A stretch of 64,000 bases of DNA from Nitrospirota bacterium. GTDB taxonomy: Bacteria > Nitrospirota > UBA9217. The notes under the pieces are model-generated. The model ran no database searches, was not told the origin of the DNA, and saw only the letters and a program-made list of their open reading frames with translations. The stretch covers positions 32,001-96,000 of the forward strand of contig JAOUEV010000005.1 in assembly GCA_029858565.1 (NCBI GenBank), written 5' to 3'. Made by a program: the position numbers and the translations under genes. Below, piece by piece: positions 8,591-18,433 of this stretch (position 1 is the first letter of the stretch; every line of letters begins with the position of its first letter).

Positions 8591-10517
8591 AGATTATTCC
8601 CAAGACCTTCCCCATCTCGCCCACATCATACCCGCCCATTTCCACGAGCTGGGCCCGGAACTCGCTGCTTTCACGGATGATCGCCAGCAGCGCCTGGAGC
8701 ATCGGCGTCTCATAGTATTCTTCGAGAATAGCGAGATCGTACCGTTCCTGCGCGACCGGGATGAAATCAAGCTCCAGCGCCTTGGCCGCGGACAGCACCG
8801 CGAGCCCGGTATCAGCGGCGCCGGACGATACCGCGGCAGCGACCGCCATATGGGTGAACTCTTCGTGATCATACCCTTTTACGTTCTTCGGGTCAATCCC
8901 TGATCGTTTGAGATAGAGGTCCGTCAGGAGCCGTGTGCCTGCCCCGGCCTGACGGTTCACGAACATCACGTCCTGACGAGCGAGATCTCCGAATCCGAGG
9001 ATGTTCTTCGGGTTCCCGGGCCGCACAATGAATCCCTGGGTACGGTGAACCAGGTTCACCAGCACGACCTTTTTGCCTGCAAGATGCTTACGGATATAGC
9101 TGACATTGTATTCACCGGTTTCCTCGTCCAGAAGGTGCGTGCCCGCCAGGTGCGCTTCCCCGCGCTTGAGCGCCAGCAGCCCGCCCAGGCTGCCGACATG
9201 CGCCGAGGAGAGCGACAGCCCGGGGTGGGTTTTCTTGAGGTGGTTCGCCAGCACATCCAGCGCGTTGTCATGGGACCCGATGCATACAATGGTGTTCGCG
9301 ATCTGATATTTCCTCCGCAGGAGCTCGACGACCACTTCGCTTCCTGCGGCAAGACCCTCGCTGTCAGCGGGAATGCGCACGACCCCATCGGCACGCACGA
9401 GCGACATGAGCGCTCCCGCGCCCCGGGTGACCGGCGTCGCTACGAGATTGCCCGACACGCTGCCGAGCTTCACCCGCAGGAACTCCTCGCTCCCGAGCGA
9501 TGACGCGACCTGCCGGGAAAGCCTGGCGACCAGCGTTTCCACCGGCGGAGTTGGACGACCCTGGAGTGAATACAATAGCGGCCGGACAAATAGATTGAAC
9601 GTAAGCGCGGCGGAAACCGGGTAGCCGGGGATGCCGATCACCGGTTTGCTCCCGACAACAGCGAGGATCACCGGCTTGCCCGGCTTGATGCCCACGCCGT
9701 GAACATGGACCGTGCCAAGCTCGGCAAGGATCGAAGCGGTGAAATCCTCCCTGCCTGCCGAGGAACCGGCATTGATCACCACTGCGTCGCACTCTTCGAG
9801 AGCATCGAGGATCGCCTGCCTAAGGAGCGCGGCGTCATCTTTCACGATCCTCTTCCTGACGCCCTCGCATCCGTTCTCCGAAACCATGGCAGCGAGCATG
9901 ATGGAGTTGAAGTCGATGATGTCCCCCCGCCTGAGCTCTTTGCCCGGCTCCACCAGTTCAGTGCCCGTGGGAATGACCGCGATCCTGGGCCGCTTCCTTA
10001 CCAGGACCATGGTATGGCCGCTTGCGATCATCGCAGCCATGTCCATGGGACGGACAACATGGTTCTCCGGAATGATCAACTCGGTCGCGACGATATCCTC
10101 GCCCACGAGCCGCACATGCTGCCAGGGAGTGGCCGCTGTCAGGATCTCGATGCCCCCGGGGACCTGTTCAACGTCCTCGATCATGATCACCCCGTCGAAT
10201 CCCTCGGGCATGGGATCGCCGGTGTCGACTGCCGCGGCCTGGTCCGGCACCTTCAACCGCTTGGGCCGTGTCTCGGTTGCTCCGAAGGTGTCGGGAAACT
10301 TGACGGCATAGCCGTCCATGGCAGCCGAGTGATAGAACGGCGACGACAGCTTCGCGATAACGGCTTCCGCGGTCACCCGCCCGAGCGCGTCCGCAACAGC
10401 GATCCGCTCTCCGGAAAGCGGCTTGCGCAACCCGGCAGCGTCCAGGGCGGCATCGTATCTGCTGATCGCTTCTTCTAGGGGCGTATTGGAGAGGAATTTT
10501 TTTTGTTTGAAGGACAT
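8586..10517 (-). CDS. moeA: Molybdopterin molybdo/tungstotransferase MoeA fused to a PBP-like substrate-binding domain
   Basis: AAMDGYAV, PTGTEL, IKPGKP, GIPGYPVSA; C-terminal IGSHD..VGSLGGL..NRQAGAGTR PBP-like domain. Confidence 0.9.
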   Translation of the reverse strand: MSFKQKKFLSNTPLEEAISRYDAALDAAGLRKPLSGERIAVADALGRVTAEAVIAKLSSPFYHSAAMDGYAVKFPDTFGATETRPKRLKVPDQAAAVDTGDPMPEGFDGVIMIEDVEQVPGGIEILTAATPWQHVRLVGEDIVATELIIPENHVVRPMDMAAMIASGHTMVLVRKRPRIAVIPTGTELVEPGKELRRGDIIDFNSIMLAAMVSENGCEGVRKRIVKDDAALLRQAILDALEECDAVVINAGSSAGREDFTASILAELGTVHVHGVGIKPGKPVILAVVGSKPVIGIPGYPVSAALTFNLFVRPLLYSLQGRPTPPVETLVARLSRQVASSLGSEEFLRVKLGSVSGNLVATPVTRGAGALMSLVRADGVVRIPADSEGLAAGSEVVVELLRRKYQIANTIVCIGSHDNALDVLANHLKKTHPGLSLSSAHVGSLGGLLALKRGEAHLAGTHLLDEETGEYNVSYIRKHLAGKKVVLVNLVHRTQGFIVRPGNPKNILGFGDLARQDVMFVNRQAGAGTRLLTDLYLKRSGIDPKNVKGYDHEEFTHMAVAAAVSSGAADTGLAVLSAAKALELDFIPVAQERYDLAILEEYYETPMLQALLAIIRESSEFRAQLVEMGGYDVGEMGKVLGIIS

Positions 10518-10521
10518 AGCG

Positions 10522-11100
10522 TCATCCTTTGACGAGTATCTTCGCTCTGCTCATCCCCACCTTCGGCCCCCCGGCAACAGTGAAGCCGGCGCTCCGCGCG
10601 TGCCCGAGGATCTCCTCGAACCGATTTCGTGTCACATGCATCCGCGGTTCTGCATACAGCATCTTCCCGCCCGTTTTGAGAACTGATGCGACCTGACCGA
10701 AGAACCGGGGAATATCCTTCACCTCGTGCACCATCCAGAAAGCCAGGATAAAATCCACCGGCTGCGATAATGCAATATCATCGGCAGCACACAAAACCGT
10801 CTCGATTTGGCGGGATACTCCCGCACGGTAAGCACGTTTGCGGCAAAGGTCCAGCATCATCTGCTGCAGGTCGACCGCAAGGACTTTTCCGGCCGGCCCG
10901 ACCATCTTCGCCATGGCCACGGAGAAATACCCCATTCCGCAGCCGATGTCCGCCACGGTCATGCCTTCGCGAACATGCGCGCCGAGGATCTGCCGTGGGT
11001 CGTGAAGCCATTTCCTGAGCGGATTGTCGAAGGTCCAGGCCAGCCACCAGGGGCAGACATGCTCGTCGCGGGAAAGGAGTTTATCCGATATTCGTGACAT
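10522..11100 (-). CDS. Class I SAM-dependent methyltransferase
   Basis: VADIGCGMG motif I; VLAVD; LKTGG. Confidence 0.85.
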   Translation of the reverse strand: MSRISDKLLSRDEHVCPWWLAWTFDNPLRKWLHDPRQILGAHVREGMTVADIGCGMGYFSVAMAKMVGPAGKVLAVDLQQMMLDLCRKRAYRAGVSRQIETVLCAADDIALSQPVDFILAFWMVHEVKDIPRFFGQVASVLKTGGKMLYAEPRMHVTRNRFEEILGHARSAGFTVAGGPKVGMSRAKILVKG

Positions 11101-11131
11101 TTTTCTCGATCTTCCATTTCGAATTCCCCAT

Positions 11132-12418
11132 TCAGAAAAGTCTCACTTCCACTTCCTCGCCCGTTTCGATCCCGATGGCGTTCTTCGGGATGACGACCGT
11201 GCCGACAGCCTTGACCAGCGTACTGATCAGCCCGGAAGCGCCGAACACGGGCTTTGCCCAGAGCCCGTCGTCGCGCCGTTCGAGCATCACGCGCACATGG
11301 TCCTCGCGTCCCGGTGCGGACGGGACACTGCGGGAAAGCTTCGCTTTCACGACCTGGCCCAGATAGATGCCCGTGAGCGCGGGGTGCATCACTGCGCCGG
11401 TGAAGAGGGCGAGCACGGGCTTTACGAACAGTTCAAAACAGATTGCAACGGCAGCAGGATGGCCGGGCAGGCCGAATACGGGGATATGCTCGCCGCTGGT
11501 CCTGCGCTTTACGATGCCGACGATCAGCGGCTTGCCCGGCTTGATCGAGATGCCGTGCACCAGCACGCCGGGAGATCCGATGTCATTGATCACCTTTGCG
11601 GTGAAGTCCGCAGTGCCGACCGAGCTCCCTCCGGAAAAAAGAACGATGTGGCAGTCCGTCATAGCCGCGAGGAGCGTCGTCCTCAGACGATCCTCGTTGT
11701 CCGGGATAATGCCCATTCTCCGGGTCGTTCCGCCGGCAAGGGTGATGAGGCCCTCCAGATTGTAGGAATTGCTGTCCCTGATCTGTCCCGGTCCGGGAAG
11801 GGAGTCCGCGGAAACTATCTCATTTCCCGTGGAGATAATGGCGACGCGGGGCTTCTCGAACACCGGCACGGTCGCCACGCCGATGCTGGCCAAGATGCTC
11901 ATGTCCTGCGGCCGGAGCACCTGGCCCTTCGGGAGCACCCGTTCGCCCTTCTTCAGATCGTCTCCCGCCGAGATAACATGGTCCCGGGGACCCACTGGTT
12001 TGACGACCTCGATGGTCGCGGCGTCAACAGCCTGGACATGTTCGAACATCACAACCGCGTCCGCGGCCTGGGGCAGGGCTCCGCCGGTAGCGATCTTCAT
12101 GCACTCGCCTTTTCCGATCGTGCGGTCGGGCATCGTCCCCATAGGGATGTCGCCGATGACCGTCAGCAGCGCGGGGTGCGATTCGGCGGCGCCAAAGGTG
12201 TCGGCCGACCTGACGGCGTAGCCATCCATGGTGGATCTATCGAATTCGGGGTGATCGGAAGGAGAAAGGATATCGCGGGCAAGGACGCGGCCGAGGGTCT
12301 CGCGGAGCGGGATGTCCTCCGGGCGCAGGTCTGGAATGGCGAGATGCTCATCCAGCGCCTTGAGCGCTTCCTCGCGGGATACGACCCCGCTTCGGCCGAG
12401 CATGTCCTTGATGGTCAT
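11132..12418 (-). CDS. moeA: Molybdopterin molybdotransferase MoeA (gephyrin-like)
   Basis: RSTMDGYAV, IATGG, STGNE, DSN, GGSSVG, KPGKP, GLPGHP motifs. Confidence 0.92.
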   Translation of the reverse strand: MTIKDMLGRSGVVSREEALKALDEHLAIPDLRPEDIPLRETLGRVLARDILSPSDHPEFDRSTMDGYAVRSADTFGAAESHPALLTVIGDIPMGTMPDRTIGKGECMKIATGGALPQAADAVVMFEHVQAVDAATIEVVKPVGPRDHVISAGDDLKKGERVLPKGQVLRPQDMSILASIGVATVPVFEKPRVAIISTGNEIVSADSLPGPGQIRDSNSYNLEGLITLAGGTTRRMGIIPDNEDRLRTTLLAAMTDCHIVLFSGGSSVGTADFTAKVINDIGSPGVLVHGISIKPGKPLIVGIVKRRTSGEHIPVFGLPGHPAAVAICFELFVKPVLALFTGAVMHPALTGIYLGQVVKAKLSRSVPSAPGREDHVRVMLERRDDGLWAKPVFGASGLISTLVKAVGTVVIPKNAIGIETGEEVEVRLF

Positions 12419-12424
12419 AAAAAC

Positions 12425-13357
12425 TTACTTCCCCGCCGCCTTGGTCTTGATCCTGCGGATCACCGCGGCCGAGCGCATGCCGGCGACGGCGCCTTCGCCC
12501 GCCGCGGTCACTATCTGCATGCCGCCGCAGGTGCAGTCGCCTGCGGCGAACACTCCTTCGATGTTCATCTTCTGGTTGCGGTCCGTGAGCAGGCATCCGC
12601 GGTCGTCCGCCTGACCTCCGGAATTGACGATGAGGTCGTTGATCGGCGTTGAACCAAGTGCGATGAACACGCCTTCGAGCGCCACGACGCGCTCCGCGCC
12701 GTCCGTGGCTATCTTCAGACCGGTGACCAACTCGTCGCCCACGACCTGCTTGACCTCGGAGACCGGAAGGATCTCGATGTTCGCCTTTGCCGTGAGACGG
12801 GCCAGCGCGGAATCGACGATCTCCGGCTTCTTGTGGGGGATCAGCGTCACTTTGGACGCCAGTTCGGCGAGATGCAGCGCCTCATCGGCAGCCTCATTGT
12901 CCGCGCCGACCACGGCGACCTGCCGGCCGCGGAAAAAATTGCCGTCGCAGGTGGCGCAGTAGGATACGCCCTTTCCCAGGAACTCGCGGGCGCCGGGAAC
13001 CTTCAGTTTCTTGCGCGCCACGCCCACGGCAATGATCACCACATGGCCCTCATATACCTCGTCGCGGGTCTTCACCCGCTTGACCTCGCCCTTCAGCTCC
13101 ATCTCCACCACCTCGACCGGGAAAACGAGCTCGGCGCCGAACTTCTCCGCCTGTTTCTGCATGATCGCGGTGAGGTCGAAACCGCTGATCGCCTCGTAGC
13201 CGGGATAGTTCTCGATATCGGCGATCTTGGCGGTGTAGCCGCCGGGGAACTCCTTCTCGAGAATGACACATTTCTGACCCGCCCTTCCAAGATAGAGCGC
13301 GGCGGTGAGGCCCGCGGGACCGGAGCCGATAATGATTGCGTCATAGGACTTCGCCAT
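12425..13357 (-). CDS. trxB: Thioredoxin reductase-like flavoprotein with a degenerate NADPH motif
   Basis: IIGSGPAG FAD motif, IENYPG, GVSYCATCDG, FAAGD. Confidence 0.82.
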   Translation of the reverse strand: MAKSYDAIIIGSGPAGLTAALYLGRAGQKCVILEKEFPGGYTAKIADIENYPGYEAISGFDLTAIMQKQAEKFGAELVFPVEVVEMELKGEVKRVKTRDEVYEGHVVIIAVGVARKKLKVPGAREFLGKGVSYCATCDGNFFRGRQVAVVGADNEAADEALHLAELASKVTLIPHKKPEIVDSALARLTAKANIEILPVSEVKQVVGDELVTGLKIATDGAERVVALEGVFIALGSTPINDLIVNSGGQADDRGCLLTDRNQKMNIEGVFAAGDCTCGGMQIVTAAGEGAVAGMRSAAVIRRIKTKAAGK

Positions 13358-13389
13358 GAATGAACCCTCCTGTTCGTTGATCAGTTTTC

Positions 13390-13418
13390 ATTGTATCCAA
13401 GCGCCCCGGGCAAGTCAA
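13390..13418 (-). promoter_or_regulatory. Putative sigma70 promoter for the trxB-moeA operon
   Basis: TTGACT-17 bp-TACAAT on the minus strand. Confidence 0.6.
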
Positions 13419-13440
13419 CAACGGCCCGGTGGTGAAACAA

Positions 13441-13472
13441 CAAAGGCATGTCCCCTGGAGAACATGCCTTTG
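13441..13472 (-). terminator. Terminator-like hairpin
   Basis: CAAAGGCATGT / ACATGCCTTTG inverted repeat downstream of 13501-14295. Confidence 0.55.
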
Positions 13473-13500
13473 CACGATCCGAACGACCGCCAGAGGACGC

Positions 13501-14295
13501 CTACTTCGAAACTTTCGCGTCCTCGACAATGACCTTGTAGAGATAGCCGGCGCCGAAATCCCGGTCCTTGGACATCGTCCCGGTGACCGTGACAACATCA
13601 TTGACCGCGGCCATGTCCTGCATCGTCACCACAAGATTATGGGTGCCCTTCTGCTGGTCACCGGTGCCGTCCTGGATATGGATCCAGTTCCTGCCCATGA
13701 TCCCCTCGGAGACCTTGACCACCTTGCCCTTGACCTTGACCGTCTTCTTGTTCAATTCGATGCGTTTGGCGTAGATGTCGGCGACCGTGTAGGCGTTCGC
13801 GCCCGCGGCCTTCTCGACCTTCACATTCGCGTCCTTCGGTGCGGTCTGCGATTTGCTGCCCGCTGCGCTCGCGGCCCCGGAATTGACGGGCGGATGTCCC
13901 GACGGCATGGACGGGCTTGCTGCCGCGGGCTCGGCGGCAATGGGTCCTGCCGAGAATATGATCTCGTCAAAAGTGCGGTTCAAGGTCTTGCTCTTGAAAT
14001 TAGCCATGGTCTGGCCTGGCTGGAAGGACATCTCCTTGCCCACCGTCACCTTGGACTCGGGAATGGCGATCCAGGTCTTTTTGCCGGCCTTTTCAAGACA
14101 CACATAGGTATACCCGCCGGCGTTCATGGATTCAACCACCTTGCCGGAAAGCCCGGACGGGGCGATCGACACCTTTTCGGTCTTTACCGACGGGGTCTTG
14201 GCAGCAGGCGCGGCTGTCTGCTTTTCCGGTGCTGCGCCGGCGCTGTGCGCACCCGTCACGATCATAATGCAGAACAGAACAAGGAACCTTTTCAT
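13501..14295 (-). CDS. Exported OB-fold protein (NrfJ-like N-domain, MPSGHPP linker)
   Basis: Signal peptide; GKVVESMNAGGYTYV..WIA; VKVKGKVVK..IMGRNWIHIQDG..DFGAGY. Confidence 0.7.
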   Translation of the reverse strand: MKRFLVLFCIMIVTGAHSAGAAPEKQTAAPAAKTPSVKTEKVSIAPSGLSGKVVESMNAGGYTYVCLEKAGKKTWIAIPESKVTVGKEMSFQPGQTMANFKSKTLNRTFDEIIFSAGPIAAEPAAASPSMPSGHPPVNSGAASAAGSKSQTAPKDANVKVEKAAGANAYTVADIYAKRIELNKKTVKVKGKVVKVSEGIMGRNWIHIQDGTGDQQKGTHNLVVTMQDMAAVNDVVTVTGTMSKDRDFGAGYLYKVIVEDAKVSK

Positions 14296-14339
14296 CAGAA
14301 CACTTCCTCCTGGAATGTAGGGGTGGTTGACGTTGGATA

Positions 14340-14822
14340 TTACAGCTTATACCCGATCTTCCGCAAGAATTCTTTTCGTTCACCCCGGTCCGCGTCTGTC
14401 TCCACGCCTTTTGGCGGGAATCCGTCCACCACGCCGAGGACCCCCCTGCCCTGTCCGGTACTTGCAACGATCACCTCGAGCGGATTTGCCGTTGCGCAGA
14501 AGATCCTGCAGACCTCGGGGCAAGCCTTGATCTGGTTCAGGACGTTCACGGGAAAAGCGTTCCGCAGATAAACGCAGAACACATGGCCCGCGCCGATCGC
14601 CTCGAGCGCGCTGGCCGCAGCCGTCCGCAGTTCACCGTCATTTCCCTCGACGCGGACCAGACAGGGGCCCGACGCTTCGGTGAACGCGACGCCGAACTTA
14701 GCACCCGGGACCGCACCGGCAATGACCTCATAGAGGTCCTCGACGGTCTTGATGAAATGGGTCTGGCCGAGAATGATGTTGCTGCCTTCGGGGACCGGCA
14801 CGGGGATCACGGCGATATCCAT
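14340..14822 (-). CDS. Adenosine-specific kinase family protein (DUF355)
   Basis: [36 protein letters not shown]; GGAGG RBS before ATG 14822. Confidence 0.88.
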   Translation of the reverse strand: MDIAVIPVPVPEGSNIILGQTHFIKTVEDLYEVIAGAVPGAKFGVAFTEASGPCLVRVEGNDGELRTAAASALEAIGAGHVFCVYLRNAFPVNVLNQIKACPEVCRIFCATANPLEVIVASTGQGRGVLGVVDGFPPKGVETDADRGERKEFLRKIGYKL

Positions 14823-14909
14823 GGCGCCTCCTGAACTGATCACGGATGGTGACGCATCAAGTATACCACGATTGGTGAGCGCGAAGGAGGCTGGGGAAGA
14901 TGCTGCGGA

Positions 14910-15596
14910 TTACAGGGGGCTTCGCTGGAGTACCGAGGCTTCGATGCCGTTCTCGAACAGATCAAGGGTCCTGGCTATGGACTCGAAGTGAAGCTTGTTG
15001 AGATGGTCACGGTCCATGGCGCGTTTCCGCTTCTTGTTCAGGAACGACAGGAATACCACGCTCTTGTAAATGCGTTTGTTCGTCTTGAACGAGAACAGGT
15101 ACCGATCGAGGGCGCTTTCCATGAACAGGTCGTTTCGCCGCTGGACCGCCTTGCTGAAAGTGACGGACTGGACCCAGTAGGTCTTCTTGATCATGCTGTC
15201 AGCCTTCAGTTCGGCCCAGGTGTGCTCCATGTTCTGCATGTCCTCGGTCAGGATCTCATGCGCGACCGTGTCCGCGGCAAGGTGGCTCAGATAACCGTAG
15301 GCAAAGGCCTTTTCCGCGTCGGTCTCCGCCTGACTCAACAATCGGAGCGCCACTTCCCAGCTGTGAGAGCTCTTGTCCTCGGGCAGGTACTTCTTCCCGA
15401 TGATACTGTCCGCCATGAGGTTCCCGTAGAGGAAGTCCTGTCGGTACTTCTTGATCAGCGCGTAGATACCGGCAGGAATGAGCGGGCCGTAGGAGAACAG
15501 CTCGTTCCCCAGATACATATGGGTCAGGGGACCCCAGGCAAAGGAAAGTGAAGGGACCAGCAGGAGACCAAGGATGTATAGGAGAATGAATGTCAT
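14910..15596 (-). CDS. Zinc-dependent phospholipase C family protein
   Basis: Signal peptide then mature N-terminal WGPLTH; GYLSHLAADTVAH; H..E zinc ligands. Confidence 0.8.
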   Translation of the reverse strand: MTFILLYILGLLLVPSLSFAWGPLTHMYLGNELFSYGPLIPAGIYALIKKYRQDFLYGNLMADSIIGKKYLPEDKSSHSWEVALRLLSQAETDAEKAFAYGYLSHLAADTVAHEILTEDMQNMEHTWAELKADSMIKKTYWVQSVTFSKAVQRRNDLFMESALDRYLFSFKTNKRIYKSVVFLSFLNKKRKRAMDRDHLNKLHFESIARTLDLFENGIEASVLQRSPL

Positions 15597-15731
15597 GAGT
15601 GTATTGCCGTGAGCCGGGATAACCTATGATGAATGCGTGAGAACTTGCTCGGGCCTCTATCGACCAGACAATTCATGTTACATCTCTGCTGCGCCCCGGT
15701 CAAGAAAAAATGGCCTGTCTGCGGGTAAAAC

Positions 15732-16631
15732 TCACAGCCGGATCAGGTCTTCGTGCTCCTCTTCATGGGGATTAATATGGATCATGATGTCACCCACGTT
15801 GTTGAACCTCTCAAAGATAAGCTTCTTCACCTCTGTGGCGATGGCATGGGACCGCCGCACGGTCATTTGCGGGTCCATGTCGAGTTTCAGGTCCACGATC
15901 AGATACTGACCGGACCGCCTGCAGCGGAGTTCGTGGACCTGCTCGACGCCCTCCACGCCTTCGGCCAGCTTGATCATATCGTCAACACAGATATCCTGAG
16001 GCCGTCCGTCCATCAGTTCATGGGCCGCGGTCATAAAGGTCTCATAGCCGATGTGGAAGATAAAGAACGAGGTGAGTCCCGCGGCGATCGGGTCCAGGAT
16101 GACGAGACCGAAGAATGCGCCGGTCACGCCCACAAGCGTACTGACCGACGTGATTGCATCCTTGCGATGGTCCTTGGCCGCCGCGAGGATGGCGGGGCTG
16201 CCGAGATGCTTTCCGACACCGATGGAATACCGGTAGAGGGCTTCCTTGATGATGATAGTGAGGAATGCGGCCGCGACCGCGACCGCTCCCGGCACCTCGT
16301 AGGTCCGGTCGATGATCGTGTGCGCCGAGCGGTACAGTATCCAGCCGCCGGTGGAGAAAATGACCAGCGATACGATGATGGCCGCGATACTCTCGGCCCT
16401 GCCGTGGCCGTAAGGGTGCTGATCGTCGTAAGGCTGCCTGCCGATATGCAGGGCGACCATGCTGGAAAAGATGGCGATGAAATCCGCCGCACTCTCCATG
16501 CCGTCGGCAAATACGGCCTCGGACCTGCCGAAATGGCCTGCAAGCAGCTTCATGGTCATGAGCGCCCCGTTCGCCCAGAACCCCGTCTGGATAACGCGGT
16601 TTGCGCTCCCGAACCGTTCGTGTCGTTCCAC
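15732..16631 (-). CDS. Cation diffusion facilitator (FieF-like) transporter
   Basis: SEAVFADGMES, HPYGHGRAE, DHRKD, IHINP motifs. Confidence 0.9.
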   Translation of the reverse strand: MERHERFGSANRVIQTGFWANGALMTMKLLAGHFGRSEAVFADGMESAADFIAIFSSMVALHIGRQPYDDQHPYGHGRAESIAAIIVSLVIFSTGGWILYRSAHTIIDRTYEVPGAVAVAAAFLTIIIKEALYRYSIGVGKHLGSPAILAAAKDHRKDAITSVSTLVGVTGAFFGLVILDPIAAGLTSFFIFHIGYETFMTAAHELMDGRPQDICVDDMIKLAEGVEGVEQVHELRCRRSGQYLIVDLKLDMDPQMTVRRSHAIATEVKKLIFERFNNVGDIMIHINPHEEEHEDLIRL

Positions 16632-16640
16632 AGGCCCTCC

Positions 16641-17054
16641 CTACTCCTCGATTCCCTTCGCGCGCAGGCGCTTTTTCGACGCCGTCTTTTTCTTGCTCTC
16701 CAGGATCCGTTCCTTGAGCGCGGCAGGCCGGGGCCGTTTTCTGCGCCGTTCCTTTTCCGCAGCCTGGACCGCTTCCTTCCGCGTCCGCTCCAGAACCGCC
16801 TCGATCTTTTCCGCAAGCTGGCGGTAGGCGATTTGGCGATTCCGGGCCTGCGAACGTTCAGTACTGCACTTCACCTCGATGCCTGTGGGAAGGTGCTTGA
16901 GGTACACGCAGGTCGAGGTCTTGTTCACATTCTGTCCGCCTTTTCCCCCGGAGCGGACGAACTTTTCCACAACATCCCCCGGCTGAAAGCGCGCTTTGCC
17001 CGAAAGCGCTGGCCGTCGCGTGGTTTGCCCTTTTACCTGCCCGGTAACTGCCAT
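16641..17054 (-). CDS. RF-1 domain peptidyl-tRNA hydrolase (ArfB/C12orf65-like rescue factor)
   Basis: FVRSGGKGGQNVNK GGQ motif, HLPTGI, ERSQ..NR, basic C-terminal tail. Confidence 0.85.
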   Translation of the reverse strand: MAVTGQVKGQTTRRPALSGKARFQPGDVVEKFVRSGGKGGQNVNKTSTCVYLKHLPTGIEVKCSTERSQARNRQIAYRQLAEKIEAVLERTRKEAVQAAEKERRRKRPRPAALKERILESKKKTASKKRLRAKGIEE

Positions 17055-17223
17055 GACCTGATTCTACTCGATGAAGAATGTCTTTACAAGGTGCTAGTAT
17101 GTGGCGTTACAGATTGATGTAAAATTACATATTTACATTGCGGAAAGACTATAATTTATGTTATATGTGAAATTAACAAAATATATTGTCAGTTGTACCG
17201 TCATTTTTCGGGAGGGCGTATTC

Positions 17224-17844
17224 ATGAGTACCGGACCGGATATTGCAATGGACCAAAAACTGCAGGCCTATATCAACCAGCAGGTCGACCGGAGGGTCAT
17301 CAGCGCATCCAAGCAAATCTTCGACGCCTTGACCAAAAAGATCAATGCCGTCGAGAGCAAAGTGCAGCAGGTTGAGGCAAAGGCGGTCAAAAACCGCGTT
17401 GCCGTCGTCGCCTCCAAGGGAACCCTGGACATGGCCTACCCGCCCCTCCTGCTCGCGACCACTGCGCGCAGCATGGGAATCGAAGCATCGATCTTCTTCA
17501 CGCTCTACGGAATGAGTATCCTGAAAAAAAACGCCCGGCTCAAGGTCGCGCCCCTGGCCAACCCGGCCATGCCCATGCCGGTGCCGAACATCATCGGCGC
17601 GCTCCCCGGGATGACCGCCGTGGCATCGATGATGATGAGCGGGATGTTCAAGAAACAGCAGGTCCCGCCCATCAAGGAGCTCCTGACCATGGCACGGGAA
17701 ACGGGCGTCAAGCTCGTAGCATGCCAGATGACAATGGACGTCCTGGGCATCAAACAGGAGGACCTCGTCGAAGGCATCGAATTCGGCGGCCTCGCGACGT
17801 TCATCGAGTACGGCATGGAATCGACCATCACCCTTTTTGTGTGA
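17224..17844 (+). CDS. DsrE/DsrF/DrsH-like (DsrE2) sulfur-relay protein with N-terminal coiled coil
   Basis: ASKGTLDMAYPPL, IFFTLYG, ACQMTMD motifs; GGAGG RBS before ATG 17224. Confidence 0.85.
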   Translation: MSTGPDIAMDQKLQAYINQQVDRRVISASKQIFDALTKKINAVESKVQQVEAKAVKNRVAVVASKGTLDMAYPPLLLATTARSMGIEASIFFTLYGMSILKKNARLKVAPLANPAMPMPVPNIIGALPGMTAVASMMMSGMFKKQQVPPIKELLTMARETGVKLVACQMTMDVLGIKQEDLVEGIEFGGLATFIEYGMESTITLFV

Positions 17845-17892
17845 GCAGAGAACTGCTCGCAGAATCTTTGAACAGAAAGGCGGGACCACACC

Positions 17893-18321
17893 ATGTCATC
17901 AGGCATCCCGGTTTTGACGCAAAAAGGCAAAGAGGCAGTCAAAAACCTCCAGATCAATCTCACCGCGCGCTGCAGAAACATTCTGGTCCAGGTGGACGGC
18001 AAACGTTCGCTTGACGACATCCGCGTTCTCTTCCGGGGGCTCGACGGCCTGGAGGACGGGATCCAGCGGCTCGTGAGCGAAGGATTCATCGACATCGGCA
18101 AGGCATGCACCGATATCGTGAAGGAACTGGTGAACAATCAGCTCGGAACGAAAAGCGCAACGCTCCTTCGCAAGATCGACGAAATGCATGGAAAATACGG
18201 AGATACCTGCTGGGAACATCTGGACGAACTGAACAAGGCCGCGCGCCTGTTCTACGGTGAAATCGTCGCGCAGAACCTTACTTCCGAAATCACGAAAATC
18301 CTGAAGGACGCGAAGCGATAG
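17893..18321 (+). CDS. Hypothetical protein with winged-helix-like N-domain
   Basis: LTQKGKE..RNILVQVDGKRSLDDI..LVSEGFI pattern; AAAGG RBS. Confidence 0.65.
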   Translation: MSSGIPVLTQKGKEAVKNLQINLTARCRNILVQVDGKRSLDDIRVLFRGLDGLEDGIQRLVSEGFIDIGKACTDIVKELVNNQLGTKSATLLRKIDEMHGKYGDTCWEHLDELNKAARLFYGEIVAQNLTSEITKILKDAKR

Positions 18322-18433
18322 CGTTGTTGCCGGGCCCCTCCCTCCCTCTTCCCGCTGGAAAAAGCCTTTCAACTGTGCTAGAGTAATAGCCATTGGTTCC
18401 CCATTTTTCGCGTCTCTTTTTAGGAAAGGTGCC

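Noticed and set aside
11024-12652. 542-aa plus-strand ORF (similarly 27788-29380, 53140-54861, 58754-60745)
   Set aside because: Antisense to well-supported genes (moeA, TPR protein, purH, metG); long shadow ORFs are expected at this GC content.
15732-16631. Possible magnetosome MamB/MamM
   Set aside because: Generic CDF motifs only; no other mam genes in the window.
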